Positions 37,913 to 51,276 of a stretch of DNA of 64,000 nt are shown piece by piece. How positions within the stretch are numbered: position 1 is the stretch's first letter; every line of letters starts with the position of its first letter. A program made the position numbers and the translations under genes. Under the pieces are notes generated by a model. That model was given only the letters and a program-made list of their open reading frames with translations, searched no databases and was not told the DNA's origin. This DNA is from Felis catus (lineage: Eukaryota): assembly GCF_018350175.1 (NCBI RefSeq), contig NC_058368.1, positions 197,224,001 to 197,288,000 on the forward strand, read 5' to 3'.

Positions 37913-38393
37913 TAGACTAGATGATTTTAAAGCTCCCTAGCCGCTATGAGATTCAAGGATGCTTTGGCCTGATTTTACCTCAAGGATAGAGAGGTAGAAT
38001 CTCCACCTCCAATTCAAGCTATGTTTGGAATGGAAACTCTCCGCCAACAAAATGCCTCCAATTGTAATTGCCAGTTCTATAACTGAGCATATGTTGGTGG
38101 AAGCTTCAATTCATAGTGAGCCAGTTAAAATGCAAGGAAGGGACAGCTAGCAGATCTTTCGAGTTAAGAGTCCAGGCTGTTAATTACTTCTGTAAAAGAA
38201 ATACATAAACATGCAGATGGCAACTGTAGTAAATATGATCATCTACATATAAATATCAAAATCCAACCCACTCCTCAAGGCCTATCTCGTATGCAACACA
38301 CTTCTAGAAATTCTTCCAGATTCTCCCCTCACTTTCCTCTAAATATGAGCTCTCTTCTTTAAAAACTCATGGCATATACTCCTTATGACTAAG

Positions 38394-38570
38394 CAGTGGT
38401 TCTCAAACTTGAGCAGGCATCACAATCCCTAAATGTCTTGTCAAAAGACAGATTGCTGGGCCCCAATGCCCCGGTTTTCCATTGAATAGGTCTGGCGTGA
38501 GGCTGAGAATTTGCATTTCTAATGAGTTCCCTGGTGATGCTCCTGCTGCTGGTCAGGGGACCACCACTGA
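38394..38570. mobile_element. MER5-type DNA transposon
   Basis: cagtggttctcaaacttgagcaggcatcacaatcc...gagaatttgcatttctaatgagttccctggtgatgc. Confidence 0.75.
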
Positions 38571-39094
38571 CCTAGAACATTTTCTAGCCTATAATGGCGC
38601 TACTTGTGCTTGCTTTATTTCCCTTAGCAGATTTTAAATTGCTTGAGGAGAAATGCTACAGCCTAGAGGATTCTTGCAGGTCCTCGCCAAACATTTAGAC
38701 ACGCCCGTGGGATGAGGTGAGGAGTTAAGTTTCTGGTCAGGATGAACTTGACAGCTGTTTCCTACAACAGGTATTTCTTGAGCCCACAAAGAAGGCAAAT
38801 GCAACAGACATGTTCCCAAGAAGTAACTAGGAGCCAGTACAGGAAATTTCTGTGGCTAAACCACGCTGTAATAGAAATCACAACATGGTCAAGTTCAACA
38901 TTCTGGTGGAAGACCAAAACCCAAATGAAATCCATCAAATGGTTATGTAACTTTTCCTATACACAATGTGGTTACTGGGTAGGGGTGGGTGTGTGTGGGG
39001 GGGCGGGGGGGACGCACAATGACAAATACCAGAAACACTAAAGCTCAGCTCAATACCCTTTGTAAGGAATCAAAAAATAAAAGCACGTTGGGGA

Positions 39095-39414
39095 TCAAAA
39101 TGTGGCTTTATTTGGAGTCAGGGTCTTTAAGGAGGTGATTAGGTTAAAATGAAGCCATTAGGGTAGGCTCTAACCTAATAGACTGATGTCCTTATAAGAA
39201 GAGGAGATCAGGGCAGGAGCATGCACACGGCGATGTGAAGGCACAGGAAGAAGACAGCCGTCCACAAGCCAAGGAGAGAGGCCTCCGGAGAAACCAACCC
39301 CGATGACCCCTCGATCTCAGACTTCGAGCCTCCAGAGCTATCGTAAGATAGATTTCTGTTGTTTAAGCCACCCACGTGGGGTATTTTGTTAGGGTAGCCC
39401 AAGCAAACTTATAT
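39095..39414 (+). mobile_element. MaLR LTR (MLT1B/C-like)
   Basis: aatgtggctttatttgga...tgtccttataagaagaggaga...caagccaaggagagaggcctc...tttctgttgtttaagccaccc. Confidence 0.85.
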
Positions 39415-39499
39415 AGGCTCCACGGCAGTATTTTAAATAATATAAAGGGTATAAAAGCTGCCAGGGAATCAAGATTATGCAATGCCCCTAGAGTACAAT

Positions 39500-39930
39500 A
39501 TGCCCTGCACCACCTCAGCCCTAACATCTCTTGCCTGGAGGATCCCAGCAGGTCCACACCGGGCCTTCTCCTCACCCACTCTCCACACAGTAGCCACAGA
39601 GATGCTTTCAAAATGCAAATCTGATGACGCTTCACCTTGACTCCCACCACCGCCAATGGCATTTAACACCATTCAGTGGCTTCACTTGACCTTTGGGATA
39701 CAGCCAGACTGCCTGCCATGGTCTGCAAGGCCCTGCGTGGCCCGGTCCCTGCCGGCTTCCCCCATCTCTTCCCAGACCCTTTTCCCCTCTGGCAGTGCAT
39801 GATAGCCACACTGGCTTTCTTCCTTTTTCCTCAAATGCGTCCTGATCTTTCTCAACACCAGAGACTCCCAGTCTGAAACAGACACGCCAGAGGGGCTTCT
39901 GCGTTCGGACGGGTGACATTTCCTGGAAAA
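39500..39930 (+). mobile_element. L2 fragment
   Basis: ctccacacagtagccacagagatgctttcaaaatgcaaatctgatg...ccatggtctgcaaggccctg. Confidence 0.75.
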
Positions 39931-40863
39931 CGCATCTTGAGGCAGATGGCTTCCAGCAGGAAGAAGTCCTGCCTGCTCTTGCCCCACTGCCTTTGTCAGG
40001 CTAGTCACCAGCAGAAATCATCCAAAGAGCAGCTGACAAGTGTCAGAGCTTTGAGGAAGGGGCACAGTAAAAGGTGAGGCCTACTGGGATGGACGCAGGA
40101 TGTCCTTCCCGAGCTGGACACAGGTGTCACCAGGTACCACTCACCTGGGAGCTGAGGGGTGAAATTCTGGGCCTGTTGGCCAAAACAAATCACCTGCTCT
40201 GACGAGAGTGGTGAAAGGGTTCTTTCTTTATGGTCTGGCTTGTCCACTGCCCTTCCAGACACAAAGAGAAGCGCAAAGCCTCTATCCTGCGCTTGCGGTC
40301 CTATGTCTCTTTTTATTATCACTTCATTGTAGAGACCACGCTTCCTGAATGAGACACTGAAATGCATGGTTGGACGCATGCATGGCCTAACAATGGCATG
40401 AAATATTTAAAATGAGGACAACTGAACATAAGGGCACTAAACCCGCAATGAACCGACTCTTTTTACCTTGCCCTATTTACCTATAACCCAAATAAAGCTG
40501 GATTTGCCTTTGCTCAACTGCTGTGCAGAATTGTATTAAATTTGAATGATTAAAAGACACATAGCCAGCAACCAAAAGTAATAAAAAAAAAAAAAGCCAA
40601 ATATATGCTGGCTTCTCTTTCAAAGAACAGCCAAGGGAAAAAGGCATCTACTTAATAACTAGCAAAACAGAGGCTACCCCAAAGGCTTTCTCATTCACTG
40701 CCTCATTTGACTTTCACCAGACATGGGAGTCAGGAGAGGTGACGGTCATGTTGCCCGTTTTATGGATGAAAAAACTGAGGCTCAGGGAGCTGGAGAGATG
40801 TGGCCAGACTCCTACATATGCCTTCTGACCCTAGTTCAGTGAACTTTCTTTTCTACACTTTTG

Positions 40864-40898
<35 letters not shown>

Positions 40899-40905
40899 AC
40901 TCACA
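40864..40905. repeat. (CA)n microsatellite
   Basis: Visible directly. Confidence 0.9.
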
Positions 40906-42289
40906 GAGACCACTAGGCTCCCTTTCCACTATTCTGCATCCTAAAATATTGTTTTTTGTTTTTTATTTCCTGGCACTGATGTCAGAAAAAATGATTATTG
41001 CCAATATAGGTTCAAGAAATCCCAAGAGATTCATTAACATTTGATTCCCAAACCCCAGTTAAACGTGTTGCTCAGAAAAGAAGGAGCAAATGTCAATGAA
41101 ACACACAAGCATTTTTGCTCTCTCAGCCTCTCTAAGCTAGATTAATGCTTCAAGAAAAAAAAAATCCTACCAGAATACCTCTTTTCTAGCCAAAAAGGCA
41201 TTCTGTCCCCAGTCGACTCCAGAAACCCGGTACAATAATTAACATGTGGGCCACAGGCCCAAACTCATTGGCATAGGACAGATTCTCAGATGAGAAATAG
41301 AGAAGCCCCAAATCCCACTCACATAAAGGGCTTATTGACATTATCTATTGAAAAGAATACAGATTTCAAGGGATACAGGCAGAGAGAAACAGAATTTTGG
41401 CTACAGAGGAAGTAGGTGGGGGGCAGGGGGAAACTTCTCCCCTAGTTCAAAGCCCCTACATTTTCACCAGAGCATTCTCTAAGTTCATACAGTCAAATGG
41501 ACTTTGCCACTGGCTAAGGAGCATTTCCCCATAGCACTGATGTCACAGAAGCCAAAATAATCCAGGCCAGCAAACACATTCCAGTTATAAAGCAGAAGGT
41601 TTCAGAGAGCTCCCACAGGCACATTAGCTATGTGTGACGCTCAGGTGTCCTGGACGTGGGGGCAGCCACTCAACCTGGGGCTAATACCAAAAAGAGAAAT
41701 GACCTCAGTAAGGGCAATGGCATTCAGATCCAGAAAACCCAAGAGAAGACAGTGGTTCGATTATTAGAGGGAGGGAGACAGAGGAGATTAGGGCTAAAAG
41801 GCTCCATGAGAAGCCAGAAGTCTGAAAAGTGCCAAGCAAGAGGACGGACACAGGCATTCATACCATTTGCTTCCGGTCTCTGTGCCGGGCACGGGACGCA
41901 GAGGGCTCTGGAGCTGGAGGACAATTCTTGCCTGTTAGATAGTTAGCCTATTTGTGCTTCAGATTCTTCTCAACCCGGAGGTACAGTCAGAACGCCAGGT
42001 GGTGAGCCAACAGAGGGACCATAAAGAATAGCTATGAATACAGAGCGTCTCAGACTTCCTAAGGACAAGGTGTCCTAAGGTTTTCTTGAGTCCTTTGACC
42101 CCCAAAGCTTTTCCCAAGTGAGCACGCTACAATGCCACTAGCATTACCCTGGTGTCCCTTTTCTGGTACCCACCGAGTCCAGGGAAGACCAGTCAGCCCA
42201 AGCAGATTTTAAAGACCATGCCCTGAAGCTCATGCGTGTTGGTGTAGTCATTTATTTGGCAATAAACTTGGGTAATTTCTTGCAGACTG

Positions 42290-42650
42290 GGTAATTGCTA
42301 TGTGTTAAGGACTAGGGATGCACTGGTGAATAAAACCAGCATGCTTCCTACTCTTTGGGCATTCACAATTCCATGGGGGAAGATACACAGTAAGTCAATA
42401 AACAAATAAATAACTACAAAGTAGGACTAGTCGAAAGAAGGAAATGAGTAAGGGGTGGGGACAGGTAATCTGAAGATAAAGCATGTCGGCTGACACTGCA
42501 AGAATTTGAAGCCAGCCATGGCAGACCAGGGAGAAGAAGAATGTGGGTGGAGGAACAGCATGAGCAAGGGCCCTGAGGCTGGGAAGCACATGGCGAGTTC
42601 AAGGGGGCCAGTATAGCTAGAACATCTGGGTCAGGGAGAGAGCTACACAA
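42290..42650 (-). mobile_element. L2 fragment
   Basis: ctagggatgcactggtgaataaaac...ggaacagcatgagcaagggccctgaggctggga. Confidence 0.7.
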
Positions 42651-42863
42651 AGTAACTTGCAGAAGAGACACTTAAAATATACAGTTGAAAGTTTCCCAAG
42701 CACTTTCCCAGGTGTTATTACAGTTCAAACAGCCCTTTGAGGTAAGCGAGGCTGAGAGATCTATTAGGTCGATGAGGATCCTAGCAGATATCACAGAGTT
42801 CATAGGAGAGTTGAGATTTGGAGTCAGTTCTTCTGTTTCTAAGCTTAGGAATGTTTTAAAAGG

Positions 42864-43160
42864 TCTCTCTCTGTCTCTCTCTCTCTTTATATATATATTT
42901 ATACATATAATGTATATTTATATAATTGTTATATATTTATATATGATATATATTTATGTACCTATATATTTATATATCTATACCTAGTATATATTTACAT
43001 ACCTATATATTATTTATATGTAAAATTTGGAGTATAAAAGTTTATACATAACTATATATACGTATATATTTATATATACACATATGTATATGTATATATA
43101 CACATATATATGTAAATGTGTGTACGTATGTTTATATACATATTATATATACATAATACT

Positions 43161-43218
<58 letters not shown>
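42864..43218. repeat. Compound (CT)n-(AT)n-(CA)n low-complexity microsatellite
   Basis: Visible directly. Confidence 0.92.
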
Positions 43219-43242
43219 AGTTGGGTATAAATAAAATATGTA

Positions 43243-43460
43243 GGGGCACCTGGGTGGCCCAGTCGGTTCAGCATCTGACTTTGGCTCAGGTCATGATCTC
43301 ACAGTTCGTGATTTTGAGCCCCGTGTTGGGGTCCCTGCTGACAGCTCGGAGCCTGGAGCCTGCTTCAGATGCTGTGTCTCCCTCTCTCTCTGCCCCTCCC
43401 CTGCTTGCGCTCTCTCTCTTTCTCAAAAATAAACAAGCACTGAAAAGGTTTTAAAAAATC
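43243..43460 (+). mobile_element. Can-SINE
   Basis: TSD aaatatgtag / aaatacgtag. Confidence 0.93.
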
Positions 43461-43464
43461 ATGA

Positions 43465-44520
43465 AATACGTAGACCTTAAAAACAATGCTTTGACAAATG
43501 CATAAACCCATGTAAACAACATCTACAGTCAAGATTGGGCAGTTTGCACCACTCCAGATAATTTGCTGCGAGCTGTTGCAATCAATCACTCCTTCCCCAA
43601 CCGGAGGCAAACTATTATAATTTCCACCCCCATAGATTAGTTTTGCCTGTTCTCGAACTTCGTATAATGGAATCATACAGTATGTGATCTTTTACATCTC
43701 CCTTTACTTGGCATGCTTGTGAGATTTCACTTATGCTATGGCTTGTATCAATAGTTGGCTATTTATTTATTTATTCATTCTGGTGAGTAGCAATCCACTG
43801 TGTAAAATGTAACACAATTTGTTTATTTTTTTGTCTGTAGATGAACATTTGGGTTGTTTTCAGCTTTGGGATGTTATGAGTCAAGCTGCCAGGAACATTC
43901 CTGCACAAATCTTTTTTTGCAGATACATGTTTTCATCTCTCATGGGTAAATACCTAGGGGTGGGGGTGCTGGATCATAGGTAGGCGTGCGTTCAGTTTTT
44001 AGGAAACTCACGGGCTCCCAAAGTTGTACCATTTTACATTCCCACCAACAATGTGTGAGGAATTTTAGCCATTTTGGTGGGTTTAAATTGGTCGTTTTAA
44101 GTTGCATCTCCCTGATGAGTAATGATGTTGTACATGTTTTGTGTGCTGATTGACCATTCGTATATGTTATTTTGTGAAGTGTCTGTTAGAATTTCTTGCC
44201 TTTTTTTTTTTTTTTGCTGCTTTTAGGGTTCTAAGGAGTCATTGCCTACCTCAGGGGCATAAGCTATTCTCTTATATTTTCTTCTAGGACCTGTATAGTT
44301 TTAGCTTTCAGCTTATTTAGGTCTCTGATGCATTTCAAATTAATTTTTTGTGTATTGACTAGTGATGGACAGATTTGTCAACTATGAGGACTCCTGTATT
44401 TTTATTTCAGTTTTGACTTTGAATGGCGGCATAACTTGCCTAAAGTGCACACATCTTAAGTGTAAAACTCAAAAGGTTTCCACGTACGTGTACATCCATG
44501 TAATAACATTCAGATCACTT
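43465..44520 (-). mobile_element. Old L1 (L1M-type) 3' fragments
   Basis: tagattagttttgcctgttctcgaactt...aatggaatcatacagtatgtg...ccattttacattcccaccaacaatg. Confidence 0.8.
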
Positions 44521-45039
44521 GAGGACTTGTTTTGAATGCCCCAAGTATTTGCTAGCCTCTCTATATTAGTATTACGTTTAAGTAACAGTTACGGTAGCTT
44601 TTGGCCATACTGAATTTTCTCCAGCACGTGGATTTGATGGAATATTATGCATTTGAGGCTTAGCGCACGCATGGCTTTATAAGCTCCAGCAGTAACTCTC
44701 CGGCTCCCTCCTGGTCTGTAGCATGAAGTTGGGGAGGAAATCTACCCTGTGGACATCTGACTTATGGCTCCTCTCCTCAAGGAGCTTAAACGCTAAGAAG
44801 AGTGCTAGGAAATGCGCATGAAGAAACCACGTTGATCTCCAGCAAATGACCTGTGACCATAAGAATGTTTTAAATCAAGGGCCAGGGACTTGAGAAGAAG
44901 GAATGAAATCACTTCAAGGGTGGATGAGAGGAGGCTGGACTGGAAGAGTCTTTTAGCTTACAGATGACTAGGATTTTGATAAATGGGAATAATTATAGGA
45001 GATAGTTGCCAAAGGGAAGAATGGTTAAAAAAGAAGTGC

Positions 45040-45500
45040 CCTAGTTAGGATCCTTTCTGTTGTAATTTACAGAAACCCCGCTGAAGTGTAGTTTAAGCAA
45101 AAAGTGAATTTGTTGGTCCTTCCAACTGGGAGGTCTGGGGGCTGGGGAGTGGTAGGTAGCCTCTGACTTCAGGTCTGGCTAGATTCGGGGGCCTTACTAT
45201 ATGGTCAGAGCTATGACTTTATTTTTCAGACAGCTTCTTCCTCCCACATACTGGATAAGAATGGCCACTGGAATCCCTGGGCCCTCCCAGAATCTCCTCA
45301 GCTCAGCAACCTCAATGAAGTGAATATTTCTCCTTCCCAATGGCTCCCTGCTCAACTTCAAGGAATACTCTGGTTGGCTTTTCTTGGGCCTAATGTCCAC
45401 TGATGAGCAATATTTGCGGCCAAGGTAGATGGGAAACTCTGATTGGCCAGTCTAGGTCACATGTCGTCACCTGGGGGAGCCGCAGAACACTACAGCTGAC
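45040..45500 (-). mobile_element. Old MaLR LTR fragment
   Basis: ctttctgttgtaatttacagaaaccc...tttaagcaaaaagtgaattt...ctctgattggccagtctaggtcacatg. Confidence 0.55.
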
Positions 45501-46004
45501 AGCCATTACATGCCCCAGCATGGAATTGGTGGGAAAGAATCAGAGGGAGGGATGGTAACTGAACAGACACCTGGCTACGGTATTTCCTTACAAGGGAATG
45601 GGGACTTTGAGTAGGAAGTGTGAACGGGGAGCAAAGCAGGAGGAGACTCCGTTCTGGACAGGAAGCAGGGGTGTGGAGTACCACCCTGTGTGTCTTTTCC
45701 CAGTATCGTTCTCTATAGCCCAAGAGCCGGCTACTGAACAGATCCCAGGGCAGCCTGGGCAGCCTGGCATTAAGTGGTTCCTTGGGGACAGTGTGAATTA
45801 TGGGGTGTGCTGAAGATGACGATGGCACAAAGACTGGAGACAACTTTGTATAGGCCTTTCTGTGTCAATCTTTCCAGTGCATCTTGTGTATCATATTCGA
45901 AGTAAATTCCCCTTGTAGTTACAATGACGAGCTAAGGACTAGGCATTTCGGTGTCACTGTTGCAGTGTAATGTCAACGCTGGAAGAGATGGTGGAGATTA
46001 TGTA

Positions 46005-46446
46005 GCATCGGGGTCAGCCAACTCTGGCTCGGGGGTTAAGTCGCTCTCCACTTTCATTCTGGTAAATACTGAAAAAAATTTTTTTAATGTTTACTTATTT
46101 TTGAGAGAGAGAGAGACACAGAGTGCGAGCAGGGGAGGGGCAGAGAGACAGGGAGACACAGAATCTGAAACAGGCTCCAGGCTCTGAGCTGTCAGCACAG
46201 AGCACGACGCGGAGCTCGAACTCACGAACTGCGAGATCATGACCTGAGCTGAAGTCGGCTGCTTAACCGACTGAGCCACCCGGGCGCCTCTAGTTTTGTA
46301 AATAAATTCTGATTGGACGGAAGCCTCACCCATTTGATTACGTATTGTCTGGGGGCTGCTTTCATGCCACAGAGACTGTATGGCCTACAGAATCCAAAAT
46401 ATTTACTACGTAGCCCATTACAGAAAAAGGCGTCAACCCCTGGTCT
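46005..46446. mobile_element. MER58-type element interrupted by a Can-SINE (SINE 46078-46289, minus strand)
   Basis: ggggtcagccaactctggc...[SINE]...tttgtaaataaattctgattggac...cagaaaaaggcgtcaacccctg. Confidence 0.8.
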
Positions 46447-46696
46447 AGTACGACATGCTCCCTACTCAATTAGTATTATCCCCTACAGCACTAATTTTAT
46501 TTCTGACTCAAGCCTAGGATCAAAAGAGACCATTTGAGGAAAGTTTAGAATGTAGTCGGACGTATAATAAAGCATTCCTTAAATGTCAGCCAAACAGAGC
46601 CCTGGGTTATCAATCCATACCTTTGCTCCCCTTTCGCGATGGGATGACGAAGAGGCGAACTGCATCGTAACGACACTATGTGTCGATTAATTTGTG

Positions 46697-46883
46697 TGTT
46701 TATTGATTTGTTTGTTTATTTATGAGAGAGAATGAGTGGGAGGGGCAGAGAGAGAGAGGGGCAGAGGAACAAGGCTCTGTGCTGACAGCAGAGAGCCCGA
46801 TGGGGGGCTCGAACCCATGATCCATGAGATCATGACCTGAGCCAAAGTCAGACGCTTGACCAACTGAGCCACCCAGGCGCCCC
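46697..46883 (-). mobile_element. Can-SINE
   Basis: Head ggggcgcctgggtggctcag on the minus strand. Confidence 0.9.
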
Positions 46884-48352
46884 AATTACTTTGTGTATTT
46901 AAAAGAGGTTTCCCCCACACATTCAAATGGATTTCATCCCTTTACCACTATTAATCATTACCAAGCGTTTTCGTGTGCCGGGCACTGCGTTAAGCATCAT
47001 ACCTCCATTCCCTCGCTAAGCATTACCCCAATATTCCCATCTTGAGACAAAACTGCAACTTTGGGGACAAAGCAAGGCACCGAAGCCTGCATGGCTAGCG
47101 AGTGGCCGAGCTGGAATGTGAACCCAGGTAGTCTGACTCCGCAGCTCAGGTGTTTATCAAATACACTATCTAGGCGGCTGGATTTGGTTAGTAACCTAGT
47201 TTTCAAAGTATCAGTTCCCAGTCCCAGAAATCAGAATCAGATAACAGGTCTACCTGTGGGCGTCAGAGGAGTAATGCACAGCGGGCTCTCTGTACCTCGC
47301 ACCTCCCCTGCCATCCACTCACCCGGCACCACTGAGCTTAGCCTGCCTCTCACTGCCCGTGGGCTCTCCCGTCCATCAGGTATGTGTTGCCGAGGGGATA
47401 GTTCTAAATAATGCACAGCTCTGGTCAGGTCACTGCTTGGCTCAGAACCTCCCACAGCTCCTCATTGGCCATAGACTGTAACAAACACCCTCTAGACTGG
47501 CATTTAAAACTCGCAAAAATCTGATCCTCACCAACTGCCCAGGCTTATCTCCTCTCTGGCCACCTAGTCATACTCTACAGAGTACAGACCAACTGGACTT
47601 TCCTGACATTTCCTGGAACACTCTGCATCTATTTATTTCGTCCCCACCCCAGCCAAGGGCCCAGGACACAGACATTGTGCAACACGGACTGTGGAATTCA
47701 TGCTGGAGAAGGATTGCGGAAGCCCATCTGGAATGCCCCAACTTTCCCTTATACTCTACCCAACAAAAGTGTATTCACTTCCCAAGGTCTTCTCGACAAA
47801 GGATGTCCCAAGTCTTCCAAAGGAATCTGGCCTGTCTTCTCCTTCACTCTTTCCTTTTCCCTCAACACCCATGATGGCTTCTCTAGTATTTCAGTCACAT
47901 GCTTGTGTCCACCCTACGGTGACTGTGAAAGGAGGCGATCCAAGGTCAGGCTCTCTGTCCTGTGCATCTCCCACACCACAAGGCCTGGCATGCTGCTCTA
48001 CCCAGAGCAGGGATTTGTGGCATTGCCCCAGTGAATGGGCCAGCAGGGCTGGGCATCTAACAGGAGACTGACTGGAGGATCAGCGACCCCAACCCACACC
48101 TTCCCCCTGTGATGCTCGTTAGTGTAAAATGGGGAAAGATGGTGAAAAGGAGGAAGCAGGAAGGAGGGAAAGGAGATCAGGGTCAGATGGACATGGTTCT
48201 AGACGCCTGCCCTATAGCTCCTAGCTCACGTGAGGGTGGCCAGGTGTCTTCACGTTGAACCTCCTTTCCCTTTCATGAAAAAGGGGAGAATTAAATATTC
48301 CTTGTTCAATTCATCCACTTGCATATTCGCTCAAGGTTTCATTACTTATGAT

Positions 48353-49436
48353 TATTTTCTTATTGGAGTCGACACACAATGTCATATCGGTTTCAGGTGT
48401 ACAACATAGTGATTCAGCTTCTCTGTAGATTATGCTATGCTCACCCCAAGTGTAGCTAATGCTATCACAATATCACTGACTATATTCCCCCTGCTGTGCC
48501 TTTCATTCCTGTGACTTACTCATTCCGTAACTGGAAGCCTGTGTCTCCCACTCCCCTTCACTCATTTTGCCCCTACCCGCTTCCCGTTCCCTCTGTCAAC
48601 CACCTGTATATTCTTTGTATTTATGGGACTGTTTCTGCTTTTTTAATGCTTGTTTCTGTTTTTCTTAGCTTCCACCTATGAGTGAAATCATATAGTATTT
48701 GTCTTTCTCTGTCTTATTTCACTTAGCATGATACCTTCTAGGTCCATCTATGCTGTTGCAAATGACAAGATCACATTCTTTTTTGAGGTTGAGTAATATT
48801 CCATTGTGCATATATATATCTCACACCTTTTTTATCCACTCGTCTAACAGTGGACACTTAGGCTGCTTCCATATCTTGGCCATTGTAAATAACGCTGCCA
48901 TAAACACAGGGGTGCATGTATCTTTTCAAATTAGTGTTCTCATTTTCGTTGGGCAAATACCCATAAGTGGAATTGCTGGATCAAATGGTAGTTCTATTTT
49001 TAATTTCTGAGAAACCTCCACCCTGTTTTCCGTAGTGGCTGCACCAATCCACTTTCCCACCACTGGTGCACAAGGGTTCTTGTTCCTCCACATCCTCACC
49101 AACACCTTGTCTTTTTGATACAAGCCATTCTAACAGGTGTGAGGTGTTCTCTCATTGTGTGTTTTTAAAAAAATTTTTTAAATGTTTATTTTTGAGAGAG
49201 AGAGCGTGCGTGCGCATTGGGGAGGGGCAGAGAGAGAGGGAGACACAGAACCCGAAGTAGGCTCCGGGCTCTGAGCTGTCAGCACAGAACCCGATGCGGG
49301 GCTCGAACCCACAGACCCTGAGATCATGACCTGAGCCGAAGTCGGATGCCTAACCGACTGAGCCACCCAGGCGTCCTCTCATTGTGGTTTTGGTTTGCAT
49401 TTCCCTAATGATTAGTGATGTTGAGCATTTTTTCAT
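48353..49436 (-). mobile_element. L1 3' fragment with nested Can-SINE (49162-49377, minus strand)
   Basis: ORF 48926-49123 [19 protein letters not shown] is L1 ORF2. Flanking cattacttat / cattgcttat; SINE TSD ctctcattgtg. Confidence 0.9.
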
Positions 49437-51129
49437 CATTGCTTATTAAATGTGAGATTTGGGGCCAATGACTCGGTCCTTGGGCTCTAATTCCCTCCTC
49501 TGGAAAATGAGGGCACTATTACTACCTATTTCCTACAACTTTCAATCAAAGTTGTCAAGTGAGTTTCTGTCTGTGAAGAGTTTAGTTAGCACAGTGCCTG
49601 GTCCACAGTAAATGCTCACGTTAGCTATCGTCACTCTGGGTCAAGCACTGTGATGAGTCTGGAGCACCCGGCAAGTGAACAAAACAGACAGGCCTGTCAT
49701 CATGTGGTTTACTGTCCAAAGACAGTAAGAGACAGAAACAAAGTACACATGCGAATGGATGAAACTGTTACCGACTGCGGTGAGTTCTGTGAAGGATGGT
49801 GAGAGGCAACATAACACAGGGAGTGTCTTAGGTTTACGATACAGAGAAGACCCACGTAGGATTGTTGCAAGGATTAAATAACTCGTATACGTAAAACATT
49901 TGCACTCAGCCTCTAGTTGGAAAAGAATGTCTCTTGATTAGGAGGAGGAGAAAAACGTGGTGGGGGCCTAAGAGATCTCTGATGGGGGTTGGGCTTCTCT
50001 TTGTTCCTGAAATGCTGCCTCCCAGGTCTCTCCTCTCTACATGCGAAGGGCACAGGCTCTGTGTCTGTCCCTCGAAAGATGGATTTTTGTTCACTTGAGG
50101 TTCCTGCCCCATATAATCCTAGCATCACAGGCATTTCTGCTTCCAGAATAACTCATGCTGACCGTAAAAATATCTAATTTTACGGTTGCCTTAGATCGTC
50201 TTTGGACGGGCAGGGTCCGGATCCCTGGGCTGTTTCCCCAGATCTCAAAAAGCAGGAACAGACCTCAGGCTGCCTCTGCTCCAGCATGCTGAGAGCAGCT
50301 TGCTGAGGGAAGATTGGCAGCAGTGGGGTGTGCTTCAGGTGCTTAAAATAGATCAACTGTGTCATTAGACAGACTATTGCAAAGCAGTCGCTCCATTGCC
50401 CCTGCTGGTGCTGGTGAGGGCAAGAGATAACAGCTCATGGAGAAAGACCTGCGCTCTGCACAAAATTAAGCAGATGCGAGGAAGAAGGTTTGGAAAGGAT
50501 ACAGGCAGCAGAGAGTGGAATTCTGCCAAGAGAGGGTGTGGGGGCTGTTGCAGGAGCACACGGCCGTAACCACGGCACTGGGAGCGATGGGACAGCAAAG
50601 CATAGCCTGTCTGGACCCCTCGTCTGGCTGGTGATAAGCTTAGTAAAGAGGCTAGGGACTTCTGGGTTGCAGGGCACATCCCCGTAGCACTGTGTGAAAT
50701 CATCAAGGGGTCATTCATCCTCTCCGAGGGACACAAAGCAGATGTGTGGGGCTGACTCTGACACCTCCCCACTGCCCCTTCAATGCTCTCTCTCTCCCCT
50801 TCTGGCCACCCTTTCCTGGGCACGCTCTGGTTGATCACTGTCTGCCTGAATGCCGTGCTTCAGACACAGCCTCATCGGGGTTCTGCAGAGCGATGCTACA
50901 ATCTCCCCCTGTCCATGCAGCCTGGAATCGTGTCATCCGGCAAGCCCACATTGCCCCACTGCCTCCTACTGAACTTGAGATCCCCTCCTCCCCTCCTCCA
51001 ACCTTTTACTCCAGTGGCTGCCATACTTCGTGTCGTAAACAGAGGCAAGTGATGGTAGCTGAGGAATGGGAGAGGTCCAGCCAGGCTTGGGAGGTAGGAG
51101 TGACCAGACGTGGACACAGACTGAACACG

Positions 51130-51276
51130 GGAGCGTGAGGAGAGGGAAATGCGGAACCCGAAGGAGGCTCCGGGCTGTCAGAGCAGAGACGGATGCAGGG
51201 CTCGAACTCGTGTGCTGTGGGATCATCATTTGAGCCAAAGTAGGACATTCAACCCACTGAGTCACCCAGCTGCCCC
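51130..51276 (-). mobile_element. Diverged, tail-less Can-SINE fragment
   Basis: gcaggggctcgaactc...aacccactgagtcacccagctgcccc. Confidence 0.8.

Noticed and set aside
26767..41010. Perfect CArG boxes at 26767, 38588 and 41001 (attractive because ABLIM3 acts in the STARS/SRF pathway)
   Set aside because: My rough estimate is about four CC(W)6GG matches by chance in 64 kb, so three is no enrichment without conservation data.
46772..46800. Apparent internal inversion within a SINE (ggctctgtgctgacagc on the unexpected strand)
   Set aside because: This part of the Can-SINE is naturally quasi-palindromic, and the same reading occurs in the copy at ~33772.
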